A stretch of 64,000 nt of DNA, from positions 7,626,001 through 7,690,000 of the forward strand of contig OZ024751.1 of NCBI GenBank assembly GCA_964016885.1, written 5' to 3'. Within the stretch, counting starts at the first letter, position 1, and each line of letters opens with the position of its first letter. The notes beneath the pieces are model-generated. The model was given only the letters and a program-made list of their open reading frames with translations. It was not told the origin of the DNA and searched no databases. Positions 1 to 14,399 of this stretch are shown one piece after another. The translations under genes and the position numbers were made by a program. The stretch is from Eledone cirrhosa. Lineage: Eukaryota.

Positions 1-171
1 CAGTTGTACATTATTTTATCGTTCTTCAATTTACATTCCTAAATTTTCCATGGATAATTTAAATACATTTGTGAATATTTCAATGTTATTATGCATAAGA
101 AAGATCTAGAAATCAGCACTCACATCTTGTTCGTAAAAAATACTAGTCTTAATATCTGTTTTCCACGCATT

Positions 172-365
172 ATTGTGGATTGGCAGTATCGGTAGAGGGT
201 CGGACGCCATGCTTTGCAGCAAAGAGTTACGGCCCTTTATGGTCTGATTTCAAATCCTTCCGAGGTTAACTTTGCCTTTGATCCTTACGGGGTCGATAAA
301 ATAAAGTACCAGTAATACACTGAGATAAATGCTTACTTGGTCCCAAAAAGTAGAAACAATTATTC
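172..365 (+). mobile_element. tRNA-derived SINE, family S1 (near full length)
   Basis: A-box-like tggcagtatcggtag, B-box-like atttcaaatcc, central gcctttgatccttacggggtcgataaaataaagtaccag (Meta-domain-like), tail gtagaaacaattatt; >10 copies in window. Confidence 0.85.
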
Positions 366-415
366 TTACACCTATTTACCTCAAACTATTGCGTATGTTA
401 TAATAGAAAAGGCAC

Positions 416-466
<51 letters not shown>

Positions 467-1610
467 AGTTTGTGTGTGTGTATAATATTGATAAGAAACT
501 CTTCAATTATAAACGTACAGCCAATAAAACTAAACAAACGAAAATACTGATTATGTCTCATATCTCATTCCTAATTCATATACATACCACGTATCCCTCT
601 ACTCAGCTATCCCTCATTCATAGTATTCTGAATATTGGACTACAGATCCCCCCACTAAAAGCTTGAATGATTTCAGAAGAGGGGAAACAAAATAGAACAA
701 ATATCGAACAAATGTACTTTCAATTCATTTAATATACTACTTTTCATGTATATCAACTTCGATTTTCTACTGAACGTTCCGCTGCAGATCACAGGATTTG
801 ATATTTGGATTTTCTGTGTTATATTTCAACATTCACTCTAATATTCCCTATAACATACATTTAATATTGTTTATTCTGTAAATGTTTTAGTTATATACTT
901 CGTAGTGGAAAAAACAGCAGGTTTTTCTCACTTTACTATACACGTTCCAAACTATTCACAATAGATTTTCAAAATACTCTTTCGCAAGAAAAAATATTTT
1001 CATTTCCTTTTTTGGGCTTTAATTTTATCCGTTGTTTTGAGCTAATTATCTGATATTTTTCGCACTCTTGGATGAATATTTTCCTACTATTTTATGCATC
1101 CATTAATGTTTTCATTTTGCCTTCATGATCAATGCACTGATTGAATGATATTGCTATTATAGAGTAATATGTATTGGACTGTGATTGATAGTGAAATGAA
1201 TAAAAAGAATTGTGTTGTGGTAGAGTATTTATTCGATAAACGTGAACTAGTTTACTACAACCTTAGGTTTTTTTAAAATTATTTTTCTAACACAGTTGTC
1301 AGTGAGGTCAAGTATAGTCAGTTCACATCCTGTCAGTGGAGATTCCTTTTTTCATTCTCTCAATAATTCCTCATAATGCCTGAATGAATATGTGAATATT
1401 ATAGTGAACGGATATAAAACAATTTCAAAGATGTCTTCGCTCTGTAATTTACATTAAATGGAGTATGCAGACATGCATGCATACCTAAGATTATATGGTC
1501 ACCTAAAGTATATCATATTCAGATCAATATTCTAACACACAGACCCACACAACACACACGCAGATACATACACACATCTCTCTCTCTCCCTCTCTTTGTT
1601 TCTCTCTCTC

Positions 1611-1659
<49 letters not shown>

Positions 1660-2739
1660 GTCATTGTACGTAAAAGGAGCGTAATATTTGCAGGCCACTG
1701 AAATCATGCTACCTATGAGATTGTGTCCTCATTAGTGCTTTGAAAACCACAAGCAGTCACTAATAACAGGGAGCGCAAGCTTTCTTATCCCGATGTCATC
1801 TCCAGAGATTCTGGTATTAAAATCCAGGTCCTCACAACGGCAATGAACGACAGACCCGCGTTAAGATCAATTGTTGAGTTCATTTCGGCTGAGGCCACCG
1901 GATGATGATGATGATGATGATATATATGTATATATATATGAATGTAGAATTGACGAAATGAGAATGAGTACTCAATACCGAAGTACTGTCTAATGATATT
2001 CTTTATGATAACTAATTATTCTGAAGCATCATTCAAGACTGACTGTAGAAGTAGAAAAAAAAGAGTAGAGGTGTGGGGTGGGTGCTTGTGTTTGGTGGTG
2101 GTAAACAGCAGGGAAAGTTTATATGGGGAGAATGAATATTAGAGTAGATTGCGACAGTAATAGATAAATATAAAGCAGAAGCAAAAGTAAACAAAAACAT
2201 AAAGACAGTCACAGGTGAGTGGAGTAGAAAATGAAGATTGATTGACGAAATAGATGAAACTATAATGTGGAAAAGGAAAAACCAAAGAGGAAGCGGAGAT
2301 ATAATGGAAAAGAGAGGTAGGGAAGGATGCGGATAAATGGAATGATATAATCTAACATAAAGGATTTAACAGGAGTGAAGGTAAATGGCCAAGAAACACC
2401 ACCTGAGATATTGTTTGAATCAATTAGAAAAATAAATTATACGATAATTAAGAATATCTAAACGGAAATTAGGAAAAGAAGCTTGCAGTGAATTGACGAT
2501 GCTTATGACGATGATGATAGTGATGTATATGATGATCATAAAAAATTGAATAAACTAAATGGATTACTGAAGGCTACCAATTAATAGAATATACATAAAT
2601 AAGAATGCGGTTAGAAAAATATAATGCGGTGTGGTGGGATGTATACTCGAAAGTACACTAGCATATGTATAAGGAATGTATGAATATTGGATTAGTAATG
2701 GGGAATGTACTATCAGTACTTTTGTTCTGTATAGATATA

Positions 2740-3460
2740 GCTGCACTTATCTACCAAACTGAAGAAGCATGGTCCTCTGCCTATCAAATAGAAACTAAGA
2801 TCCTATCAAATCTTAGATATGCAGACGATCTGGCCATCAGGAGTTACTCTGGAACTGATCTGCAAGACCTTCTGAATGTACCGACCAAACATTCGCCGGA
2901 GGCTGACTGACACAACAACATCTCCAAAACAAAATGTATGGCAACTGATAAAAACAATGCCAATCCCCAACTCACAATCTACAGCAACCAAATTGCTCAA
3001 GTTACGGAGTTTGTATATCTCGGTCAAAAACAATTATCATCAAACAACAATGGAATGCTTGCTGTGAAGTATCTCATCGCTCTAGGTTGGGAGACGTTCA
3101 ACAAGAACAAAGAAGTACTAACATCACAACGAGATTCCTATCATTTGAAGGCTAAGATCTTCGATAGCTGCATCCTACCAATTGCGTTATATGGTCTTGA
3201 CAAGGTCACTTCAGAGGCTCTCTACACTCCGTAGCTACATCATGATACTTATGACTGGCAAGCAGCTCAGTGACCGTATCTGTATCAGTGAGCTGCTCAA
3301 CATTACTAGACTTAGACCAATTGCATAAAGAGTACTCAAATTATACGGTCATATAAAAAGATCAACTGGGATGTGAAGTAGGTTATGACTGGGAGGAAGG
3401 TTGGCTGATAGAAGAAGCAGAGGTCTGCAGCCAAAACGGTGGCTTGATAATGTCAACTTA
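2740..3460 (+). mobile_element. Degenerate LINE ORF2 3' part (RTE-like reverse transcriptase)
   Basis: Frameshifted peptides NLRYADDLAI, VTEFVYLGQ, LKAKIFDSCILPIALYG, LYGHIKR, RGLQPKRWLDNV. Confidence 0.8.
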
Positions 3461-3805
3461 TGGAGTGGACATGATCTTTGCTCTTTAAACTCTGTTGCTG
3501 GTGCTCGAACTTTGTGAAGAAAAATATCTCATGTTGATGCGTATTCTGTATCTGGCGGTGTTTAGCGTCAAAGTAGTAATGGCATTCGTGAGAATAAGTA
3601 GATAATGCCATGGTAGATATGAATATATACATTATTAAGGCCAATCTTGACTCTTGTTTACTCAAGTGTATCTCCTGTGTATACTCGGTCACATCAGGCA
3701 AGACTAATGACATACATGCATGGAAGAAACTACAGAATAATAAGACTCATGCATACATACGTGTATATGTCGAGGGAGAGAGTAACACCCATCTATACAT
3801 ATCTA

Positions 3806-3908
<103 letters not shown>

Positions 3909-4081
3909 ACGTCAACACTCATCATTTTTTCCATATTCATTAGGGTTTTAAACCCCAGTGTCAGGCTAGAAGTTCCTTATCAAAATACGGCGAAAGGTCC
4001 TATTTTTAATCATAATTTGAAACTTCGCTCGCTCCTTCAAAAGAAACTTGCTTTGATATATATATATCTATATATATATAT

Positions 4082-4180
<99 letters not shown>

Positions 4181-4203
4181 CAACTCGATGTAATTCATAT
4201 GTT

Positions 4204-4456
4204 GAAAATGTCGATAAATTTCGGAAAACAATAAAGCATTAAAAGGAAAACAGAGTCATGATATAAATTAAAACGATGAAATAAAAAATCAAGTCATTAC
4301 AACTCTAATGACTTGATTTTTTTATTTCATTGTTTTAACTTAAATCATGACTGTTTTCCTTTTAAAGCTTTCCTGAATACTAACCAATACTTATTACTAA
4401 TTTTTACTTATTCCTAATTAAACTATCTTTTACTTGGAAAATTTGTCAGCATTTTC
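4204..4456. repeat. Fold-back (inverted repeat) between two (TA)n tracts
   Basis: 4233-4299 is the approximate reverse complement of 4306-4371; weaker outer match at 4204-4222/4437-4456. Confidence 0.8.
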
Positions 4457-4467
4457 TTTTCCTTTTA

Positions 4468-4530
<63 letters not shown>

Positions 4531-4570
4531 GATATTAAACAAATGGAAACTAAATTTATAAAACCATATT

Positions 4571-4637
4571 TATTTCATTATACATATTTCAGGGATACCA
4601 TATTAAACATATGGCATGCCTTCGTCAGATAAAATAC
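4571..4637 (-). ncRNA. Minimal type I hammerhead ribozyme (H1)
   Basis: Minus strand: tattttat CTGACGA aggcatgccatat..atatggtatccct GAAA tatgta TA atgaaata. Confidence 0.8.
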
Positions 4638-5410
4638 AACATATAAACAGTTTTATAAATAATTTTGACGTACCATAAATATAAGCGACCATTAAGGTAG
4701 GAAGCTGGCTTGGTAGTGAAGTGTTTATAATTATTTAGTTATAGTGTTAAGCACAGTTAGAAAGAAAGACGGAGAGAAAGAAGAAATGGATGTAAAGAAA
4801 AACAGAGAGAAATAGAGAGAAATAGGGGAGAGAGAAAGAAGGAGGAGGTGAAAAAAGAGATGCAACCGAAGGCAACAGATGAATAATAATAATTCACCAT
4901 ACAAATAGAGAGATTTAATAGAGAGGGTGTACGGTAATTATTTAGTTATAGTGTTAAGCACAGTTAGAGAAGAGACGGAGAGAAATAAAAAAAAATAAAA
5001 TGGAGATGAAGAGAAAACAGAGAGAGAGAGAGAAGTGGGAGGAAAAGAAAGAGGGAGAAAAAATAATAATAATTATATAGGGGAGGTGAAAACCAAGAGA
5101 GAAATAAGAGAGAAACATGAGAGGCAAAATCAAAGCGACAGATACATAAAACTTCATCATATATAAATAGAGAGGAGAAGAAAGAGCTATGTCTAGAGAG
5201 AGGGATGATACAGTTACATCTTTACGTCATGTCCTATCAATTTGAATTATCAATTCATATGAACTGGGTAATATAATGTAAATATCAATATTCATGAATG
5301 AGACATATATATATAATGTGACAAAATAATTTTTAGAAGCCAGCTTCCTACCTTAATGGTCGCTTATATTTATGGTACGTCAAAATTATTTATAAAACTG
5401 TTTATATATT

Positions 5411-5477
5411 GTATTTTATCTGAAGAAGGCATGCCATATTTTTAATATGGTATCCCTGAAATATGTATAATGAAATA
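5411..5477 (+). ncRNA. Minimal type I hammerhead ribozyme (H1)
   Basis: tattttat CTGAAGA aggcatgccatat..atatggtatccct GAAA tatgta TA atgaaata. Confidence 0.8.
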
Positions 5478-5561
5478 AATATGGTTTTATAAATATAGTT
5501 TCCATTTGTTTAATATCGTATATCTACTCCAAAAACTTGTCGAGTGCTTTATATCGGTTAT

Positions 5562-5768
<207 letters not shown>

Positions 5769-6909
5769 ATTTTTATTGCTTTGGTATTTTTTAGCCCATG
5801 GAACGCTTGCCTGCATCACTCGGAATTTGCGTTACGTTTCGCTTTTTCTACCCGCCGAAAGGCGATTCTCGCTGAATTTATATTTGTATATATACATATA
5901 TATATGAAGTTTAATATCGAAATGGATTCTACAAAACTAGAACCTTTTGATTCAATCGAAATGATATTTTGTTTTGAATAAAACAGGTATAGATATGTAA
6001 AATCAATTTCTATGTTAAACTTGATGTTTACACTCTACTAATACATTGAGTTGCTTACTAACTCTGGTTAGTTCCTCTTGAGCACGACACACACACACAC
6101 GCACACATAATTGGATTGTATCGAAAAGCGCTCAACTGGGGAGCTAATTACTTTCTGTATATAATGATGCAATTCCCATCAAGCACTCGATGCCATATTA
6201 CTTCTTTAAAATAAGGATGAGGGACCATCATTATAACGAGGAAAATGGGATGTTGTAGATGTTAGTCTTTTATTGAAACGTTATACATATTTCCATGATG
6301 ATAGATTTCGTGATTTCTTAAGACAGCACATTTGATTAAAAGGAAACATTTCCGAGGTAATTATGGGTTAGGGTTAAGGTGAGTGTTATGTTTAGGGTTA
6401 GGAGCGGACTAAAATAAAGTATATGTTTTTGCTTTGGAAGTCCGCTCCCTTCTAACTTTCACAACCACCCGACAGCTCTGCGCAGACTCAGAGGTTTGCG
6501 TGGCTGACCACTCAACTACCACCCAGAATACTACTAACTTTATTTCTTCTCTCTAGCTACCCGTCTACCATCACCTCAGCTGACAACACTATACAGTTAG
6601 TAGCAGTTAAATTCAGCAAAATTTGTTTACTGATAACTTTGGTGTCCAGCAGAATTTCAATGCATGTGTACCCACTACCCTGAAAAGTGTTATCAGACAT
6701 AACTTTTACAATCTGGGCTTTTACTTTAATTAAATGGAAAAGAATGTTCTCAATCAACCGTGTTTAATGTGTCCATTCCGTATTTAGTCTTCACAAGTAA
6801 TGAATATCTGATTCTTTTCCTTCTCTCTAGCTTTTTGATATGCATATACACGTATATGAATATACATACATACATACACACACACCCACACACACACACA
6901 CACACACAC

Positions 6910-7034
<125 letters not shown>

Positions 7035-7398
7035 GGGGTACGGCTTGTACGGGTCTCTATACAATTTCGTAAGAAATATATGTGGAAATTTAATCCGATT
7101 ATTTTACTCTGGGTGAATGCCGAAATCACGATGCCACTTGAAGCTACTAATTAATGAGTTTATAGTGAAGCGTACTTAAAGATTTAATTACTTCTATTTA
7201 CAGAACCGTCATGTGTTTATTTACATCTTTGGTATTAACATATTCTAAATCAATGGAGCTACACCTAAACTATCGTGTGTCAAGCGCTACGTATAAATAT
7301 CCATAAGCATCTCGCCAAATATTTATATATATATACACCTACCTAATATTCCCCCTCATAAGATATACACACATACACATAGAAAAATATAAACATGA

Positions 7399-7478
<80 letters not shown>

Positions 7479-7484
<6 letters not shown>

Positions 7485-7788
7485 GTGAGGTTTTTTTTAC
7501 AAAATGAAAAATAACCGAGGTGTCCTACACGAGTGAAAGTATAAAGAAAAAGAGATGAAATCGAAAATGCAACTGGAGTCATATTTAAAAAAAAAAATAT
7601 ATATATTTATTTGGTTCCTTTACCGGTTTCGCAGTTCTTCTGCTTTTCAAAAGTTGAGTTGAGAGGGAGGGTCTGTGGTTTTTCTCAGAAAAGCAGAAGA
7701 ACTGCGAAACCGGTAAAGGAACCAAATAAATATATATATTTAAAAAAAAAATAAGACTCCAGTTGCATTTTCGATTTCATCTCTTTTT

Positions 7789-7793
<5 letters not shown>
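7479..7793. mobile_element. Fold-back element (family H2) with U3:A8 variant HHR, TA-flanked
   Basis: Arms 7541-7648 and 7688-7793 inverted; minus strand ctt TTGAAAA gcag-aagaa-ctgc GAAA ccgg TA aag; second copy at ~47093-47300. Confidence 0.7.
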
Positions 7794-7880
<87 letters not shown>

Positions 7881-7940
7881 CTATCTATATATATATATAT
7901 ACACATATATACATATATATATATATATACATATATATAT

Positions 7941-8003
<63 letters not shown>

Positions 8004-8147
8004 TGTATATATATATACATATATAAATATGTATATATATATACATATATATATATGTATATATATATATACATATATATGCATATATATTCATATACAT
8101 ATATACATATATTTAATTATATATTTATATTTATGTATATATATATA

Positions 8148-8298
8148 AGCAAAAGGGATATTCAATTTGTTGGGAATTCAACAAATATAAATGTTTATAA
8201 CTGATTCAGAGCCCTCGACATGTTTTCTGGAGTATAATATTCAATGATATTAAATAAATGGAAACTATATTTATAAAACCATATTTATTCTATTATAC
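8148..8298 (-). mobile_element. 3' tail of HHR family H1 (truncated before the core)
   Basis: Matches the reverse complement of ~16545-16690 and 5465-5563. Confidence 0.7.
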
Positions 8299-8439
8299 AA
8301 TATATAATTTTCTCTATATATTTTCTGAGTAGATAATTCATCAAATGTAACGGTTAACAAACAAGATTGGAGTTATCTTTCCTTTTTCAATCGTGCAAAC
8401 ATAAACATTATATTATAATATTTATAAACATTATATTAT

Positions 8440-8750
8440 AATCCCGCCAAGGTTGACTTTGCCTTTCATCCTTACGGGGTCGATAAAAGAAAGTACCAGT
8501 AATGCACTGGATAATTGCTGGCCTTGTGCCTAAAGTAGAAACAATTATAATATAATACATAGAGCGGTGGATTGGCAGTATCGGTAGAGGGTCGGGCGCC
8601 ATGCTTTGAAGCATAGAGTTACCTCCCTTTATGATCTGAGTTCAAATCCCGCCGAGGTTCACTTTGCCTTTCATCGTTACGGGGTCGATAAAATAAAGTA
8701 CCAGTAATGTACTGTTTATTTGCTCGCCTTGTGCCAAAAGTAGAAATAAT
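8440..8750 (+). mobile_element. Two adjacent S1 SINE copies (partial 8440-8548, full 8562-8750)
   Basis: Same head, central domain and tail as 172-365. Confidence 0.85.
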
Positions 8751-8789
8751 TACATTATAATATATATTATAATATCTATGTATGGTGAA

Positions 8790-9060
8790 GTCGCATGGAT
8801 TAGTCGTTGGAACAGTAGGCTTGTAATTGAAAGGTTGTGAGTTCAATTCTCGGAACGGGTGATGTGTTGTTTCCTTGAGCAATACACTTTATTTCACGTT
8901 GCTCCAGTTTACTGAGCTGAAAATTAGTACCAGCAATAGCTGGAGGTTTAACCCTGCGATGGATTGGCGTCCTGTCCAGGGGGGAGTCTTGTACTCTCAG
9001 TCGCTTCACGCCGTGAATAAGCACAGGCCAAATGAGCCTTCTGGCTTAGGACAGACTTTA
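8790..9060 (+). mobile_element. Second tRNA-derived SINE family (S2)
   Basis: tRNA-like head (gagttcaattctc B box) followed by ccttgagcaatacactttatttcacgttgctccag; related copy at ~18110-18270. Confidence 0.65.
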
Positions 9061-9800
9061 GACTTACGCCCTGCCTGCCCAGCCAGTGGGATGGCGTCAT
9101 CGTATGGCATGTGACCAGCGACGCAGAATGCCGAAGGTGATAATATGTATGATAAACAATATTACTTCGCTAAATTAACCATATTCTGAAAATATTTTCA
9201 ATGTTGGAACAAAATATTTGAATCTACAAATTGCTCTCCTCTTATAACTTGAACTACGTGTTTTTTTATATGAGATGCAAAATCAACATCCTTCGTAACT
9301 CATTAAAAATGTAAACAACTAATAATTGTAAATTATTTCTATTTCTATAATACTTATACATGCACAATTATTAATCTATATAGATACATATTATACTTAC
9401 AACCTATTATAATGTAATACGATAAAATATACTTACAACAATAATTCTTCAGATAATCTAATTCATTTTATATACAATATTATGACTCATAACATAGCTA
9501 AATCAATTTAAATTCTGGATTCATAATCCACCATTCCCGCAAATTGTTAATTCATTTTAAATTAACGTAAATACAAGCTCGTCTTTTTTTCTTCTTCCTA
9601 CTCATACATATATCCTAATTATTTAAATTCTGCATAACGTCCAAAATAACGTTTTTTCAGCCCCATACCTCAACTTCATTTGCATACTCATCATAATAAT
9701 TTGAAATATCTGACTTTTCTTCTCTCTTCCCTTCACTATACAAGAAAAACTTGAACTGTTAAGGTATCTTTTCTTGGTTATGTCAACATTTATAAAACTT

Positions 9801-9862
9801 GTATTTTATCTGATGAAAGCGTACCAAAGTTTTGGACCCTTGAAATATATATAATAGAATAC
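9801..9862 (+). ncRNA. Minimal type I hammerhead ribozyme (H1)
   Basis: gtattttat CTGATGA aagcgtaccaaagttttggaccctt GAAA tatata TA atagaatac; tail ends in (TA)n at ~9907. Confidence 0.8.
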
Positions 9863-9905
9863 ATATGGTTTTATAAATATAGTTTCCATTTATTTAATAT
9901 CATAG

Positions 9906-9938
<33 letters not shown>

Positions 9939-10006
9939 AAATATTCATATATGTATATATTCATATATGTATATGTACATATTCATATATGTATATGTAT
10001 ATATTC

Positions 10007-10147
<141 letters not shown>

Positions 10148-10646
10148 TACATAACATTATCTGTGTGTGTTAGTAAATCAATTAGTTTATCTGCAGTAAA
10201 GTACTTGTTTTTAATATCAACGAAACGGGATAAATGTTAATCCCCATTACGATATAAATCTTCAATAAGGGATGTATAATTTGTGTTGACTAATGAGATA
10301 TATTCAATATATATCCAAATGGAAAAGTTGCTAAATTGACGCCACCATGTAAAATAAGTCTGAATACATACATATATATAAAGAATATTCTGTGATAACG
10401 GTTGAGTAGGAAAAAAAATGCAGAAATTAACTGGTTATCAATTTAGATAGAAAACATACACATAAACACACATTCACAGACTGAGACACACACACATACA
10501 CCCATACACTTACTCACACAGACATTGATTATTAATATCATTGTTATCATTATAATTACTATTATTACTATTATTATTAATCAAATTAACGCTCAGAAAT
10601 CATGGCATATTAACTTTAGTAAGTAGCAAAATATTATTAATACAAC

Positions 10647-10728
<82 letters not shown>

Positions 10729-10739
10729 TATATATATAG

Positions 10740-11325
10740 CCTGCACTTGTATTATTATCTCCTAGACCTAATAATTAATTAATTAATTTAATTAGACAAT
10801 TATGTTGATTGGTTAATTATTTATGTTTGTTTAATAACGTCTAGTTGAGACCTTTTATCCGGCCAAAAACCGGGAGTTACATCCCATGTTGGAAATAACA
10901 CGTGACAACGAAATGCCTGAAGGCTGTATATTGTAGCAGTCTCATTGAGTTAAAGGTCACACCGGTTTGAGGCCTAAAACGAAATACCTGTCGATGAAGT
11001 GAATCGCTTGTTCGATCATGGAATACCACAAGCTTACATGTTACGTAAGTTGGATTGATGATATCAGATTCATAGAAACATATCGGATGTATTGCAGAAT
11101 ATTTGTTGATTTGTCCAGGTCGGTTGTCTAACCTGATTAGTTTTTTCGTTGTTTTGGTATTGTATGGTTGGGTTTTGCCTGCTGCAAGTTTCAATTTGTT
11201 AAGCTATCTAAATGTAATGTTATTAAACTAAGGAGCAACCTTTTTTGAGTGCTTTGCTATTCATTCCTGATTGTAGGTCGACTTTGCTTGGCCACAGCCA
11301 AAGCTTCGATATTACTAATCTTCCA

Positions 11326-11328
<3 letters not shown>
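10740..11328 (+). mobile_element. TA-flanked interspersed repeat with degenerate HHR-like motif (11051-11095)
   Basis: 11130-11328 is homologous to 26500-26702; TTGATGA tatcagattcata GAAA cat-atcgg-atg TA. Confidence 0.5.
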
Positions 11329-11401
<73 letters not shown>

Positions 11402-11434
11402 CGTGTGTGTGTGTGTGTGTGGGTGTGTGTGTGT

Positions 11435-11468
<34 letters not shown>

Positions 11469-11484
11469 CTATGTATGTATGTAT

Positions 11485-12070
11485 GTTTTTAGTCCTGCAG
11501 GATGTCCAAAGTCACCTTCCTCACCAAGAAACCTTGGTGCAGTTGCCAGTTTAGTCGCCAACGACCCGACCATGAAACATGTACTGGGATACATGTCAAA
11601 GTCAAAGGCAAAGGAGCTCTTACGTGTCAATGGCCATCCAAAATCAACCGGAGAGATGACCCCTTAGCCTTTGTCAAGGCAGAATTCTAGGAGAAGGAAA
11701 ACTCTGATATAACACCTGCAACCCTGATGGTATCCAATGATGTTGACTTGTTCTTCTTTTTGGTAAATATGATCTTGGTTAAGAGAGTGGGACTGGCTTT
11801 GTGCAGTACCTTTGCTCACTATAAAAGCTTCACGGCACAGGCATTGCTTTATATCTGGGGTTATGTCTGCACTGTCGTCACATGGTACCAGCACTATGTG
11901 TCAATAATTGTCACAAGTGTAGTGTTTGTACCATAGTTTTCAAGTCGTTGGCTGGACTAAAAAGTCACACTTGTTCAGCGCATCGGTAAGGGTTCTCCTA
12001 CATGGGTTCCATGTAGGAGAACCCCTATAAAGTAGTGAGCGTACTCGAAAATGTGTTGGCAGCCACCATG
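11485..12070 (+). mobile_element. ~560-bp non-autonomous retroposon family R (copy with inverted 5' ~90 bp)
   Basis: Homologous to 27925-28480 and 54857-55417; contains ctaggagaaggaaaactctga and a C2H2-like HKCSVC..FKSLAGLKSH remnant as seen at some LINE C-termini. Confidence 0.7.
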
Positions 12071-12321
12071 TATGTACGTATGTATGCAACCCATTTTAGA
12101 TCATTGGCTGGGCTAAAAAGCCGCATCCGATCGCAGCGCTGTAATTGCTATCGTGTGTATAGATATGTTTATGTGTGCGCGTGTGTGTGTATATATATAT
12201 GTATATTATTATTGTTGTTGTTGTCGTTATTATTATTGAAGATATTATTATTATTATTATTATGTTTTTTTCTCATGCAATAGCCAGACTAGATAACGAG
12301 GGGGCAGCCATCATCATCATG

Positions 12322-12478
<157 letters not shown>

Positions 12479-12489
12479 GTATCACACTA

Positions 12490-12850
12490 TCTCATGCTTA
12501 CGCAGGTGCTCAAGTACCGTTCTTTTTTACAAAACGGTTCTTTGTCCATTTCAGTTAGCCGCGCGCCATCATCCACTTTTCTAAAAAGCAAATCATACAC
12601 AACACACCAGCACCAACAGTTTTGCAAGAGATGTCAACATGAATGGACCAGTTATTTTTATCCAAAGACATTTTCTACAATTGCATCCTGAGCGTCCCTT
12701 TAATCTATTTCATTTCTCTGTCTTTCTTGTGATGAAACACTAGCGTCCGAAACGTTAAGACCCTCTTCCTCATATATCAAGCGTTAACCTAATATATACC
12801 GTCCATATACTGTACCGATTGTGTTTTTATTTCTGTTTACATTTTACATA
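12490..12850 (+). mobile_element. 3'UTR of Neptune-type PLE with degenerate HHR (12726-12760)
   Basis: Homologous to the minus strand of 32750-33000; tctt GTGATGA ..gtcc GAAA cg TT aaga. Confidence 0.6.
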
Positions 12851-13080
12851 TATATATAACTATATACATATAAATATATATGGATATGTATATATGTATA
12901 TATATATGTATATATGTATATATATAATATGTATATATATATATATATATATATATGTAGGAGGTGAGTTTTATTGTAGTACAATAAAGCAATGCAGATA
13001 TCGGATAAGAAGCACTCTACAGTTTGTGGGACTGGAGTATGCATAATATAAGATCAAAAGATGGTTAAAGGAGTTCCTTA

Positions 13081-13150
13081 TATTTTATTATGCGCATTTC
13101 AAAAACAAACATCATCAAGCAATAATATTTGTGTTTTCATCAGATAAAAC
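13081..13150 (-). ncRNA. Type I hammerhead ribozyme (H3)
   Basis: Minus strand: gttttat CTGATGA aaacacaaatattatt..gatgatgtttgttttt GAAA tgcgca TA ataaaata; palindromic stem III. Confidence 0.85.
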
Positions 13151-14217
13151 AGGAGAACATGATATGAAGGCTAAAAAACACTTGTGGATAGTGCAGTTTT
13201 AAATCAACATATGAAAAGTGGTTTTAGATTGATGTGTGATATTGGGAAAAATATTTTATTTAGAGATGGGGGGGATGAACAGGGAAGGAGATGAGAGGGA
13301 GAGATGGGTGATAGAGAGAAAGAGATAGTTTTTATAACTGAGAGGAGATATATTTTTTACATAGAGGGGTTGAAAACCGTTGGAAGATACTGTATAAATT
13401 AAAAATTTTGAAAATTAACGAAGGGAGGATATGTGCGAGGAAAAAATATTTTATTTAGGGAGGAGGGGTGGAAAGGATGAAAAAACGAACTCATTATTAA
13501 TACATATTAACTCTTTATTCGCACATATCATCAATTCAATATACAAACTTTAACTTCACATTATTTTTCTCAAATCCTTCTACACACAAACCTTAACAAT
13601 TTTTCTCTTCGCTAATTTTGAAATTGCCACAATACATACATTTCTTCTTTTGACGTTAGAATATTCACCCACAATTATTATTTTTTTTCTCTCTATCTTC
13701 ATACATAATTTCCCTTCGTTAATTTTCAAATTCCTTTAATTTATACATTATCTTCCAACGGTTCCCAACCTCTCTATATTAAAACAATATATCTTTTTCT
13801 CAGTTATAAAAACTATCTCTTTCTCTCTATCACCCATCTCTCCCTCTCCACCTTCACTCTCATCTCCTCCCCCTTTTTTTCATCCTTTCCACCCCCCCTC
13901 CCTAAATAAAATCTTTTTTCCTCGCACATATCCTCCCTTCGTTAATTTTCAAAATTTTTAATTTATACAGTATCTTCCAACGGTTTTCAACCCCTCTATG
14001 TAAAAAATATATCTCCTCTCAGTTATAAAAACTATCTCTTTCTCTCTATCACCCATCTCTCCCTCTCATCTCCTTCCCTTTTCATCCTTTCCCCCCCCCC
14101 CTCTCTAAATGAAATATTTTTCCCAATATCACACATCAATCTAAAACCACTTTTCATATGTTGATTTAAAACTGCACTATTCACAAGTGTTTTTTAGCCT
14201 TCATATCATGTTCTCCT

Positions 14218-14287
14218 GTTTTATCTGATGAAAACACAAATATTATTGCTTGATGATGTTTGTTTTTGAAATGCGCATAATAAAATA
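14218..14287 (+). ncRNA. Type I hammerhead ribozyme (H3)
   Basis: gttttat CTGATGA aaacacaaatattatt..gatgatgtttgttttt GAAA tgcgca TA ataaaata. Confidence 0.85.
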
Positions 14288-14317
14288 TATGGAACTCCTT
14301 TAACCATCTTTTGATCT

Positions 14318-14376
<59 letters not shown>

Positions 14377-14399
14377 TATATGTATATATATATGTATAT

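Larger units (their letters stand above)
13044..14325. mobile_element. Fold-back PLE 3'-end element (family H3) with HHR in both arms
   Basis: 13044-13480 is inverted relative to 13880-14325, near-identical; internal degenerate tandem units. Confidence 0.85.

Noticed and set aside
172-365. tRNA gene calls for the S1/S2 heads
   Set aside because: Only A/B-box-like remnants fused to a repeated body and tail; these are SINEs, not tRNAs.
6366-6402. GGGTTAGGGTTA telomere-like repeats
   Set aside because: Only 3-4 degenerate units; insufficient to call an interstitial telomere or a Helentron.
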